Below are positions 20,502 through 29,230 of a stretch of 64,000 nt of DNA, piece by piece. The stretch comes from Trichormus sp. ATA11-4-KO1 (lineage in GTDB: Bacteria; Cyanobacteriota; Cyanobacteriia; Cyanobacteriales; Nostocaceae). The first letter of the stretch is position 1. Every line of letters starts with the position of its first letter. The DNA lies in the NCBI GenBank assembly GCA_019358915.1, contig JAHHIM010000004.1:64001-128000 (forward strand). Reading direction: 5' to 3'. Under the pieces are notes generated by a model that was given only the letters and a program-made list of their open reading frames with translations, was not told the DNA's origin and searched no databases. The position numbers and the translations under genes were made by a program.

Positions 20502-21239
20502 TTAACTTAAACTATCAGGGTCAATTCCTTGCGAGCGCAAATACTCAGCCAGTCGTTCAGCCCGTTGGCGTTCCTGTTCAGCCCGTTGGCGTTCTTGTTC
20601 AGCCCGTTGGCGTTCTTGTTCAGCCCGTTGGCGTTCCTGTTCAGCCCGTTGACGTTCTTGTTGTAATTGTGCTGATAATTCCGTGGGTATGAGTAATTTA
20701 TCACCAGTATCTAACCTATAGAATCCCAGTAACTCCCCCTCAACTATCACCCTTAATGCCAAAGGTTGACAGATTCCATCCTTAATTAATTGATAAGTTT
20801 CCCCCTCTAATCTATATCCCCGTAACTTTTCTGGAATCCATTCTCCTTTGGGGTCAAATAACCAGTATTCTAAAATGCCTAACTGTTCATAAAGGTTTTT
20901 CTTTTGCTCTTGGTCTTGTTGTTGAGTTCCTTGAGAAGTCATTTCAAATACTACCTGGGGAACTTGACCTTCCTCCCAAACTTTATAGCTATCCCGACCC
21001 CCAGGCGGCACATCAAAAATTACCATGACATCTGGGGCAACTCTTAATTTGGGAAAACCCTGAGCATAGTAGAGAAATTGGTTAGCGAGGACTGTGGCTT
21101 GTCTACCTGCTAGATATTGTTTTATTACTTCTAGGGTAGTCAGAATTGCGTAGAGATGGGTATAGGTTTCTGCCAAAGGTTCACCGTCTGCACTAGGATA
21201 TTCAATATGCGGATTGACTAATTTTATGGTGGTGGTCAT
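20502..21239 (-). CDS. Uma2 family protein with (ERQRAEQ)n tail
   Basis: YPSADGEPLAET, VAPDV, FEMTS, EYWLFDP; five ERQRAE units. Confidence 0.9.
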   Translation of the reverse strand: MTTTIKLVNPHIEYPSADGEPLAETYTHLYAILTTLEVIKQYLAGRQATVLANQFLYYAQGFPKLRVAPDVMVIFDVPPGGRDSYKVWEEGQVPQVVFEMTSQGTQQQDQEQKKNLYEQLGILEYWLFDPKGEWIPEKLRGYRLEGETYQLIKDGICQPLALRVIVEGELLGFYRLDTGDKLLIPTELSAQLQQERQRAEQERQRAEQERQRAEQERQRAEQERQRAERLAEYLRSQGIDPDSLS

Positions 21240-21251
21240 AGCTGCTTCATA

Positions 21252-22028
21252 TTAAGGTATGTTGTCTGGATCTATTCCTTGAGCGCGCAAATATTCTGCT
21301 AGTCGTTCAGCTCGTTGACGTTCCTGTTCAGCTCGTTGACGTTCTTGTTCAGCCCGTTGGCGTTCTTGTTCAACTTCCTTTTTTGGGGTTAGCACCCAAC
21401 CTTCTGCATTGTACCAACGCAACCATAAACCGTTTGTCTGCTGATAAGTTCCCTGCCAAAGACCTAATCCTAGTTCTATCTCTGCCAACCAAAATCGGTT
21501 TTCTGCTAGAGATATCGCCTCGTAATGAGCGCCAATGAGTCGAAACACACGCAAGTTATTTTCGTAGCGGTCATAGACAACGTAGTAGGGAACCCGCAGA
21601 ATACGTTCATAAACTTCCCATTTAGTTGGGGGTTTGTTTACTTCTCGTAGTGTTTTCCCTAAATCTTCTAGTTCTGTACCTGGTGAAAGTAGTTCCACTA
21701 CTAAAAATGGTGCAACTCCCTCTTGCCAAATCACATAACTTAAACGTAAGTCTTGTTGTTGACTAGCACTTGGTACTCCCAAAACCATGTACCAATCTGG
21801 GCGCTTGTACCACAAAGTATGGCGGGGGTCATAGTAAAGGTTTAAGTCACTAGCAAGTAAAATTTCTTCAGATGAATAGTTAGCAGGCTGACAAGTCTCA
21901 CTGAGTAAATCTGCCTGAATGCAATGAAATTCGTCCGGCAAGCCTGATTCTCCCACTAATTCACTGGGTAAATCATACATTGTCGGCATGGTTTTTTGTG
22001 GAGAAAGGGGTGGATCAGGTTGATACAT
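21252..22028 (-). CDS. Uma2 family protein with (ERQRAEQ)n tail
   Basis: YDLPSE..GLPDEFH, RPDW, VELLSPGT; three ERQRAE units. Confidence 0.9.
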   Translation of the reverse strand: MYQPDPPLSPQKTMPTMYDLPSELVGESGLPDEFHCIQADLLSETCQPANYSSEEILLASDLNLYYDPRHTLWYKRPDWYMVLGVPSASQQQDLRLSYVIWQEGVAPFLVVELLSPGTELEDLGKTLREVNKPPTKWEVYERILRVPYYVVYDRYENNLRVFRLIGAHYEAISLAENRFWLAEIELGLGLWQGTYQQTNGLWLRWYNAEGWVLTPKKEVEQERQRAEQERQRAEQERQRAERLAEYLRAQGIDPDNIP

Positions 22029-22065
22029 GATTGCTACCTCAACAATATTAAAAGCAGGTTTTTCC

Positions 22066-22761
22066 TTAACTTAAACTATCAGGGTCAATTCCTAAAGCAC
22101 GCAAATGTTCTGCCAATTTTTCTGCGCGTTGGCGTTCTTGTTCTGCGCGTTGTCGCTCTTGTTCAGCCCGTTGGCGTTCTTGTTCTGCCAATTCTGCTAG
22201 CTCCGTGGGTATCAATAATTTATCCCCCGTATCTAACCGATAAAATCGCAAAAGTTCTTTTTCTACTGCTACCCGCAATCCCAAAGGTTGACATAAACCA
22301 TCAGTAATCGGTTGATAAATTTCATCTTGTAAACGATACCCTTGTAATTTTTCTTTGACCCATTCTCCCTTCGGGTCAAATAACCAGTATTCTAAAATTC
22401 CTAACTGTTCATACAATAGTTTCTTTTGCTCTTGATCCTGCTTTTGAGTCGCTTTACTGGTGATTTCAAAGACTACTTGCGGAACTTGACCTTCTTCCCA
22501 GACTTTATAGTTATCCCTACCTCCAGGAGGCACATCAAAAATTACCATCACATCTGGTGCAACTCTTAATTTGGGAAACCCTTGAGCATAATAAAGAAAT
22601 TGATTTGCTAGTACCGTTGCTTGTCTGCCTGCTAGGTACTGCTTCAAAACTTCCAACGTCGTTAAAATTGCATACAGATGTAAATACGTTTCTGCCACAG
22701 GCTCTCCATCAGAACTAGGATATTCAATGGTTTTATCTGCTAAATTGATGGTTGTAGTCAT
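22066..22761 (-). CDS. Uma2 family protein, close paralog of 20502-21239
   Basis: Long identical stretches with the first copy (ATVLANQFLYYAQGFPKLRVAPDVMVIFDVPPGGRD); three ERQRAE units. Confidence 0.9.
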   Translation of the reverse strand: MTTTINLADKTIEYPSSDGEPVAETYLHLYAILTTLEVLKQYLAGRQATVLANQFLYYAQGFPKLRVAPDVMVIFDVPPGGRDNYKVWEEGQVPQVVFEITSKATQKQDQEQKKLLYEQLGILEYWLFDPKGEWVKEKLQGYRLQDEIYQPITDGLCQPLGLRVAVEKELLRFYRLDTGDKLLIPTELAELAEQERQRAEQERQRAEQERQRAEKLAEHLRALGIDPDSLS

Positions 22762-22936
22762 CAGCTTTTCCCTAATCAAGTAAATTATCTACCAGTTGTG
22801 GCGATCGCATTTTAATTCGTAAATAATTTGAGACTCTATCCCCTTGTCCCCTCATCCTCATCTTCCCCCAAATCTATGACCGATGCGACACCGATTCGGC
22901 TAAACTGAGACTTGGTTTATTGCATTGTGACTAGGC

Positions 22937-23128
22937 ATGGAAATCGGACAAAAGGTTAAAGTTTTTCGTCTGCGCGATCGCGTATCTGCCCCTATTGTGA
23001 AAAAACTCGGACAAATAGGCATTATCCAAGGCTACAAAGTCACAGATGGTGGCGGGATTGGTGTAGTGGTACTATTTGATGACAATTCTTCCACTTGGTT
23101 TTTTGAAGATGAAATCAAACTTGTGTAA
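22937..23128 (+). CDS. petP: Cytochrome b6f-associated subunit PetP (DUF2862)
   Basis: MEIGQKVKV.RLRDRV...TDGGGIG...TWFFEDE; usual position upstream of arsA-chlG. Confidence 0.85.
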   Translation: MEIGQKVKVFRLRDRVSAPIVKKLGQIGIIQGYKVTDGGGIGVVVLFDDNSSTWFFEDEIKLV

Positions 23129-23214
23129 TAGAGAGAACTCAACGCGGAAGCTAAGAGTATTTGCCTAGTGCTAAGTTGGAGTTGAACAGATCAGAGGTAA
23201 TTGAGAATCAAGTA

Positions 23215-24315
23215 ATGTCCCTGATATTGACATTTTTGGGCAAAGGCGGTGTAGCTCGTACCAAAATTGCGATCGCCGCCGCCAAATTATTGGCAAGCCA
23301 AGGCAAGCGTGTACTTCTAGCAGGGTTGGCAGAACCAGTATTACCCATCCTACTGGATCACACCCTGACTGCCGACCCCCAAGAAATTGCTCCTAATTTA
23401 CAAGTTGTGCAGTTGCAATCATCTGTATTGTTAGAACGCAACTGGGAAGAAGTGAAAAAACTGGAGGCGCAATACCTCCGCACGCCCATCTTCAAAGATG
23501 TTTATGGTCAAGAACTGGTAGTATTACCAGGGATGGACAACGCCCTGGCCTTGAATGCGATCCGCGAATATGATGCCAGTGGCAAATATGACGCGATTAT
23601 CTACGATGGTACAGGTGATTCCTTTACCCTGCGGATGTTGGGGATGCCAGAATCTCTCAGTTGGTATGTGCGGCGATTTCGGCAATTATTTGTTAACTCT
23701 GATTTAGGGAAAACTATTGCGGAATCGCCCTTGATTCAACCTTTAATTAGCGGCTTTTTTAACGTTAACTGGACAGCAGATAACTTTGCAGGGCCCACCA
23801 ACCAAGTCAATAATTTTTTAGACAAAGGAAAAGCTGCCCTGACTGATCCTAGTCGCATTGCTGCCTTCTTAGTGAGTACAGTAGACCCTGTAGAAGTAGC
23901 AAGTTCCCGTTATTTGTGGGGAAGTGCCCAGCAAATAGGTTTAACTGTTGGTGGTGTAATTTTGGTGTCATCTGAGTCAAACATCAACCTTGCCGAAGAA
24001 TTTACACCTCTTCCTGTAAGTGTTGTTCCTGATGCTCCCACAGGCGAATGGCAACCTTTGATAGCTGCTCTACCCAACTTTGGAGAACAAGCACTACAGG
24101 CTCCCAAACCCATAGAAATTGACATCCACAACCGTCAGGTACGCTTATTTTTACCGGGATTTGATAAAAAGCAAGTCAAACTCACCCAGTATGGCCCAGA
24201 AGTTACAGTCGAAGCAGGAGACCAGAGGCGTAATCTCTTTCTACCCCCAGCACTAACTGGTAGACAGGTGACTGGAGCAAAATTTCAGAATAATTATTTG
24301 ATAATTTCTTTTTAA
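23215..24315 (+). CDS. ArsA/Get3-like ATPase with C-terminal HSP20-like domain
   Basis: TFLGKGGV degenerate P-loop, LPGMD, C-terminal FLPGFDKKQVKL..VEAGDQRRN. Confidence 0.88.
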   Translation: MSLILTFLGKGGVARTKIAIAAAKLLASQGKRVLLAGLAEPVLPILLDHTLTADPQEIAPNLQVVQLQSSVLLERNWEEVKKLEAQYLRTPIFKDVYGQELVVLPGMDNALALNAIREYDASGKYDAIIYDGTGDSFTLRMLGMPESLSWYVRRFRQLFVNSDLGKTIAESPLIQPLISGFFNVNWTADNFAGPTNQVNNFLDKGKAALTDPSRIAAFLVSTVDPVEVASSRYLWGSAQQIGLTVGGVILVSSESNINLAEEFTPLPVSVVPDAPTGEWQPLIAALPNFGEQALQAPKPIEIDIHNRQVRLFLPGFDKKQVKLTQYGPEVTVEAGDQRRNLFLPPALTGRQVTGAKFQNNYLIISF

Positions 24316-24417
24316 GTACCAGGGGCTAGGGATTAGGGGCTAGAGGCTAGAGTAGAGTTTGCCATCAGGCCAATGCCCTATACCCAATGCCCCATTCGCC
24401 ATTCATAAGTAAGCCTT

Positions 24418-25458
24418 ATGTCAGAATCATCCCCCATTAATCCCAATTCCCAGCCAGCCGAGGCTGTAGACTCAGTTAAACCCAATGAGGAAATTATTGC
24501 AGTTGCCGATCGCAGTGCCAAAACTCGGCAGCTACTAGGCATGAAAGGTGCTGCACCAGGGGAAAAATCCATCTGGAAAATCCGTTTGCAGCTGATGAAA
24601 CCCATCACCTGGATTCCCCTAATTTGGGGTGTAGTCTGTGGTGCAGCTTCTTCGGGTAACTATACCTGGACACTGGAAAATGTGTTGATGTCAGCAGCTT
24701 GTATGTTACTTTCTGGGCCGCTGCTTGCTGGGTATACCCAAACCCTCAATGAATACTATGACCGGGAAATTGATGCTGTAAATGAACCTTACCGCCCCAT
24801 TCCCTCAGGGGCAATTCCCTTACCCCAGGTAATTACGCAGATTTGGGTATTGTTAATTGCTGGTAATGTCCTGGCGTTTTTACTAGACGTTTGGGCAGGT
24901 AACGAATTTCCGACGATTACCACCATAGCTATACTAGGTTCATTTATTGCCTACATTTATTCGGCGCCACCATTAAAACTCAAGCAAAACGGTTGGTTAG
25001 GCGGTTATGCCTTGGGTGCTAGCTATATGGCCTTTCCTTGGTGTACAGGTCATGCTTTGTTTGGCGAACTCAATTGGAAAATTGTTGTCATTACTGTCGT
25101 TTACAGCTTGGCTGGGTTGGGTATTGCCATTGTCAACGATTTTAAGAGTGTAGAAGGCGATCGCCAGTTCGGATTAAAATCATTACCCGTCATGTTTGGC
25201 GTTAACAGAGCCGCTTGGATTTGTGCAGTGATGATTGATATATTTCAAGCTGTGATTGCGTTTTATCTCATTACCATCCACGAAAACTTGTATGCAGCGA
25301 TTTTGCTGTTGTTAATCATCCCACAAATCACCTTTCAGGATATGTATTTCCTGCGTGACCCCCTCAAGAATGATGTGAAATACCAAGCCAGCGCCCAACC
25401 CTTTTTGGTGATCGGAATGCTCGTAGCTGGTTTAGCATTGGGTCATGCTGGCGTTTAG
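24418..25458 (+). CDS. chlG: Chlorophyll synthase
   Basis: QLLGMKGA, LMKPITWIPLIWGV, DREIDAVNEPYRPIPSG, NDFKSVEGD, NDVKYQASAQPF. Confidence 0.95.
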   Translation: MSESSPINPNSQPAEAVDSVKPNEEIIAVADRSAKTRQLLGMKGAAPGEKSIWKIRLQLMKPITWIPLIWGVVCGAASSGNYTWTLENVLMSAACMLLSGPLLAGYTQTLNEYYDREIDAVNEPYRPIPSGAIPLPQVITQIWVLLIAGNVLAFLLDVWAGNEFPTITTIAILGSFIAYIYSAPPLKLKQNGWLGGYALGASYMAFPWCTGHALFGELNWKIVVITVVYSLAGLGIAIVNDFKSVEGDRQFGLKSLPVMFGVNRAAWICAVMIDIFQAVIAFYLITIHENLYAAILLLLIIPQITFQDMYFLRDPLKNDVKYQASAQPFLVIGMLVAGLALGHAGV

Positions 25459-25627
25459 CTAGGGACTGGTAAGTGTGGGAGGTGTGCGGAGATCGGGAAA
25501 TAACCAATGCCTAATTCCCAATGCCCAATTCCCAATTCACTAAATTTATACTTCTATAGTCAGAAGTTAGCAACGAGGAGTTAGGAGTTAATATACTTTT
25601 AACTCTTAATTTTTATCAGGAATTACT

Positions 25628-25915
25628 GTGTTGGAACTGATATCTCTTGTCATTAAGGAAATTCAACCTTTATTAGTCCCTATTTGTTTTGTTGCTGCTT
25701 GGACTGTACTGATTCTCTTTGTTTGGAGTCTTTGGGCAGCAGCGCGGGATAGTGTCACCACAGCTAAACAAATGCATCAAATACCCTGTACTAACTGCCA
25801 ATTTTTTACCGACAATTATCGCCTGAAATGCACTGTACACCCATCTACAGCCAATACAGAAGAAGCTATTAATTGTTCTGACTATCAACCAAAGACTAAT
25901 CCCATGCTCTATTAG
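25628..25915 (+). CDS. Small membrane protein with a Cys-rich C-terminal motif
   Basis: One TM helix, then HQIPCTNCQFF..LKCTVHP..INCSDY, a likely metal-binding motif. Confidence 0.75.
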   Translation: MLELISLVIKEIQPLLVPICFVAAWTVLILFVWSLWAAARDSVTTAKQMHQIPCTNCQFFTDNYRLKCTVHPSTANTEEAINCSDYQPKTNPMLY

Positions 25916-26180
25916 CATGATTGGACAAGCAGACAAGACTAATTTCTCAGAAAACGGTTAAAATACCTCGATACTGAGCTTGTTCAAAGGCAAAAATTGC
26001 GCCATCTCAGGGGTAGCAACCAATTAAGGACACTGTTAAACCGATATTTTCAGGAAAATATCTTCCAACCGGGGGAAGAATGACTATGGACTTTAGTTGC
26101 CGCTAAACAAGAAAGTTAGAGTTGCAGACCACGGCTTCTAACTGGGGGATATTTATTTAGTGTGCAATCAAGAATTATGA

Positions 26181-27239
26181 TTGGTTCATGAATTCAAAGA
26201 GGGTATTATCAAAAGTTCTTCTAACGAATCTTTTCCCGAAGACCGAGCTGATGAGACAACACCCCAAGTTCATGGCGATGAGAAAACAGCCGACTTGACA
26301 TCCCATCATCAGCAAGAAGATAGTACACTATCGGCAACTTCGCCGCCCTTGACTGCTGCAACGATTAAACGAGTGCAAGAAGGTGTAGCTGCGGCTAGCG
26401 ATCGCGCTGTGCGCGAGATGATTGCCAAAATTTTAAGTCGCTTAGAAGCAATGAGCCAGGGGCATCCAGAACCCAGAATCCATGCTATGGTGCGTCGTTG
26501 TGTATTGCGATCGCTCATTCATCCTCTTTTTCGAGTACGGCTGGAAAACAGCGAGCGGATACCTGAAAAACCAGCAATCCTGGCTGTCAACCATCTCCAC
26601 CATATTGATCCTTTGCTGCTGCTGGCTGAACTTCCTACCCATCCCCACTACTACGTCCTAGGTGATGCTCGTACCCTTTATAACAAGTGGTGGAAACGCT
26701 TGATTCTGCATTTAGTGGGAGGTGTAATTCCTTTAGAACGGATATGGAAAGAAGAAGCAGCCGTCATGGAAGCAGCTAAAGCCGGACGGCAAGACCTTAT
26801 GGAACTGGCTACAGCAATTAAAGACACTGTACCTACAGGGGGGGATATACAGACACTACGACAAATAGACCGTATTGTCCAAGGAATTTTGTCCCAAGGG
26901 GACGGGTTAGTTCTCTTTCCTGAAGGACGATTAGGCAACACCGAGGGGAAATTACATCTTCCTCTCAAGCGAGGAACTGTGATTTACGCTTTGCGGGCTG
27001 GTGTACCGATAGTACCAGTGGTGCTAATTGGCACTCACGATCTCTATTTAGGAAAGCAATTAACTATTCGCTTTGGGGAGCCGTTGTACTTTTCTCAAAC
27101 AACTAAACTCAAGCGACAGGAGGTAGATGCAGTTTTGGAGAGATTAGAGAACGCCATGCTGACTTTATTACCCAATAATTATCAAGAGCCAAAAGGCCTA
27201 AAGTTATTACGTAATTTCCTCAATCATATGTTGTGGTAG
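26181..27239 (+). CDS. Lysophospholipid acyltransferase (PlsC family)
   Basis: NHLHHID (HX4D), FPEGR, VPIVPV; start codon uncertain. Confidence 0.88.
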   Translation: MVHEFKEGIIKSSSNESFPEDRADETTPQVHGDEKTADLTSHHQQEDSTLSATSPPLTAATIKRVQEGVAAASDRAVREMIAKILSRLEAMSQGHPEPRIHAMVRRCVLRSLIHPLFRVRLENSERIPEKPAILAVNHLHHIDPLLLLAELPTHPHYYVLGDARTLYNKWWKRLILHLVGGVIPLERIWKEEAAVMEAAKAGRQDLMELATAIKDTVPTGGDIQTLRQIDRIVQGILSQGDGLVLFPEGRLGNTEGKLHLPLKRGTVIYALRAGVPIVPVVLIGTHDLYLGKQLTIRFGEPLYFSQTTKLKRQEVDAVLERLENAMLTLLPNNYQEPKGLKLLRNFLNHMLW

Positions 27240-27243
27240 ATAC

Positions 27244-27480
27244 TTATTTCTCTAAAAAGTTATTAATTTTAAAGTTTGATGTTCCCTCCCAACAGTGGTT
27301 CAAGGATGCACTCACTTGAGCATCGGCTGAATCAGTCGATTCTCTAGAAGCATTAAACTGCACTGCTGTCACAATGTATTCAAAAATAATTACAAACTGT
27401 TTTTGGGGGGAAATTCTCTCAACTACAATTGTTTCTCCTACCTTGGGAATTTGTGCTAAATTTACCGTAAATGTTTCCAT
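27244..27480 (-). CDS. Hypothetical small protein
   Basis: ATG-started 78-aa ORF (IPKVGETI..YIVTAV); no recognised family. Confidence 0.45.
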   Translation of the reverse strand: METFTVNLAQIPKVGETIVVERISPQKQFVIIFEYIVTAVQFNASRESTDSADAQVSASLNHCWEGTSNFKINNFLEK

Positions 27481-27659
27481 TTTCGGCTTATCTAGTGGAT
27501 TTTTAAAATTGAAGTATTTACAGTAAACAATAATTTTCACGCAGAAAACCACCAATATTATTCAACAATTCAAACTTGGAAGTTTGAAACGTAAGAATTA
27601 ATTATAGTAAGTATCCTGCCAATTTGTGGCAACCAAATTAAATGACGCCAAGTTTAACT

Positions 27660-29141
27660 TCACTGACCTCGCCATAGCCTTTGTAACCAGTGAAAAACTT
27701 TCACAAATATCTCTTCTAGCCAGAGCATAGCATGATCAAGCCACTCTAAAATTTTCTCTAAAGGGTGTCTATCATAGCCTATAAAAATTGCTTCAACGTC
27801 TATCCAGTCTGGCTGAACCTCGACTTGGGTATTTTGGCAACTTTCTGTTATCGCTTGGGAAGTACGAGTTAAAGAGTGCTTTACAGATATTTCTGTGTTA
27901 TTTTGTTGCCTAGGCGACAAAACAGATTTAGCTTTTGGTTTTTTTACAGTCAAATTTTGAGATGACGCTGGCTTGTCAGCAACAGTATCGGATTTACCAA
28001 ACAAATCACTCAACTTCAACCAAGGATCTCTTGCTGAATCTTCATTCTGTAACTGTGTGCTTTTAGGCAAAGACTGAAAACGGCGATGATGGGGTAACTG
28101 ACTCCGTGATTGTCCATCACTGTTTTTAGACTTAATTTTGTGCCCTTTATTAACACCAAAAAAGTAATTAAGTGCCGCCTCAATTAAAGCTGAAAAATTC
28201 AAAGTTTGAGTTTCCAAACTATTAACAGTAACTACTACCTTCCCTCTAGCATCTACCTGTTCTTTACCATAAAGAAATATGTCTAGCTGAGTTTGGGCAG
28301 CTCGGATAATTTCCTGGCTATGCTGTTGTATGGGTAATAAAGCATTTGTTTCCAATTTAGCAATAGACTCGTCTAGGAATGCTATCAACCTGTGAGGATG
28401 AAATAAATCTTTTGGTGTTTTATCAGGAAGTACTGTATTTCCGCCGGTGAGTTTTGCTAAAATCCGGTCAATTTCTGGTAGTAACTTAGTTTGTTGTTTA
28501 GTTTCAGCCAACTGCCAAGAATGCCAATAATTACCAATTTCGCTAATAATTCGGGCTTTTAACTTTGCCTGCTGCTGGGGTGTCAAAATATCTAAAATTT
28601 CATTATCGGCGGTGACAAGTACCAAATTACGGTTGAGCAAATTTGTAGCAATTCCTTGCACTACTGGTAAATGATGTTTGATACTTGTAGCCGAATTGTG
28701 TGAAATCTTTAAGGATGGGGCAGGAATAGGGTGAGTTGGGGGATGATGAAAAAATTTCGACCACAATACACCTAAAAACTTGAAAGGATTAGATGTGATG
28801 GAGGGCTTGGTAGTGGCTGACTCAGATGATAAATTTTTGACTGCCTCTAAGACATGCTGAATGGGTGTATCAGCAGATGGAGGAGTTATTGGCTCAAAGT
28901 CAGTATCATTTGGTTGTAACTGAGGCCGAGATTGTGGTTCTTGCGTGCCCAGTGTTTTCCCGGCTGATGCAGTTGAATTAAATAATAGGTACACGGGGTA
29001 AAGTAATAGTTCCACACCCCATTTACTGGCAACTTGCAAATGCCGAAAGGTGTGTTCCCATTGTTCTGTCAACCGCCGAGATTGCTGGTGGACAAAGTTA
29101 AATAGTCTGCTTTGATAACGACCTGAGGAACCAGAGGACAT
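27660..29141 (-). CDS. Hypothetical cyanobacterial protein
   Basis: 493-aa ORF; ends read RYQSRLFNF and GYDRHPLEKILEWLD. Confidence 0.8.
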   Translation of the reverse strand: MSSGSSGRYQSRLFNFVHQQSRRLTEQWEHTFRHLQVASKWGVELLLYPVYLLFNSTASAGKTLGTQEPQSRPQLQPNDTDFEPITPPSADTPIQHVLEAVKNLSSESATTKPSITSNPFKFLGVLWSKFFHHPPTHPIPAPSLKISHNSATSIKHHLPVVQGIATNLLNRNLVLVTADNEILDILTPQQQAKLKARIISEIGNYWHSWQLAETKQQTKLLPEIDRILAKLTGGNTVLPDKTPKDLFHPHRLIAFLDESIAKLETNALLPIQQHSQEIIRAAQTQLDIFLYGKEQVDARGKVVVTVNSLETQTLNFSALIEAALNYFFGVNKGHKIKSKNSDGQSRSQLPHHRRFQSLPKSTQLQNEDSARDPWLKLSDLFGKSDTVADKPASSQNLTVKKPKAKSVLSPRQQNNTEISVKHSLTRTSQAITESCQNTQVEVQPDWIDVEAIFIGYDRHPLEKILEWLDHAMLWLEEIFVKVFHWLQRLWRGQ

Positions 29142-29230
29142 GGTGGTGATTTGTGAGTTTGAGTCTTGTTGAGTGATGAGACTCCCGCCAAACTGTTAAT
29201 TATTGTCAGTGACCTAATTTTAACGAAAAT

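Noticed and set aside
20555..22190. 21-bp repeats as a possible CRISPR array
   Set aside because: They are head-to-tail with no spacers, lie in frame inside Uma2 genes, and no cas genes are present.
27236..27616. TAAGTATC inverted pair around the small ORF as TIRs
   Set aside because: Only 8 bp in AT-rich DNA with no target duplication; compatible with chance.
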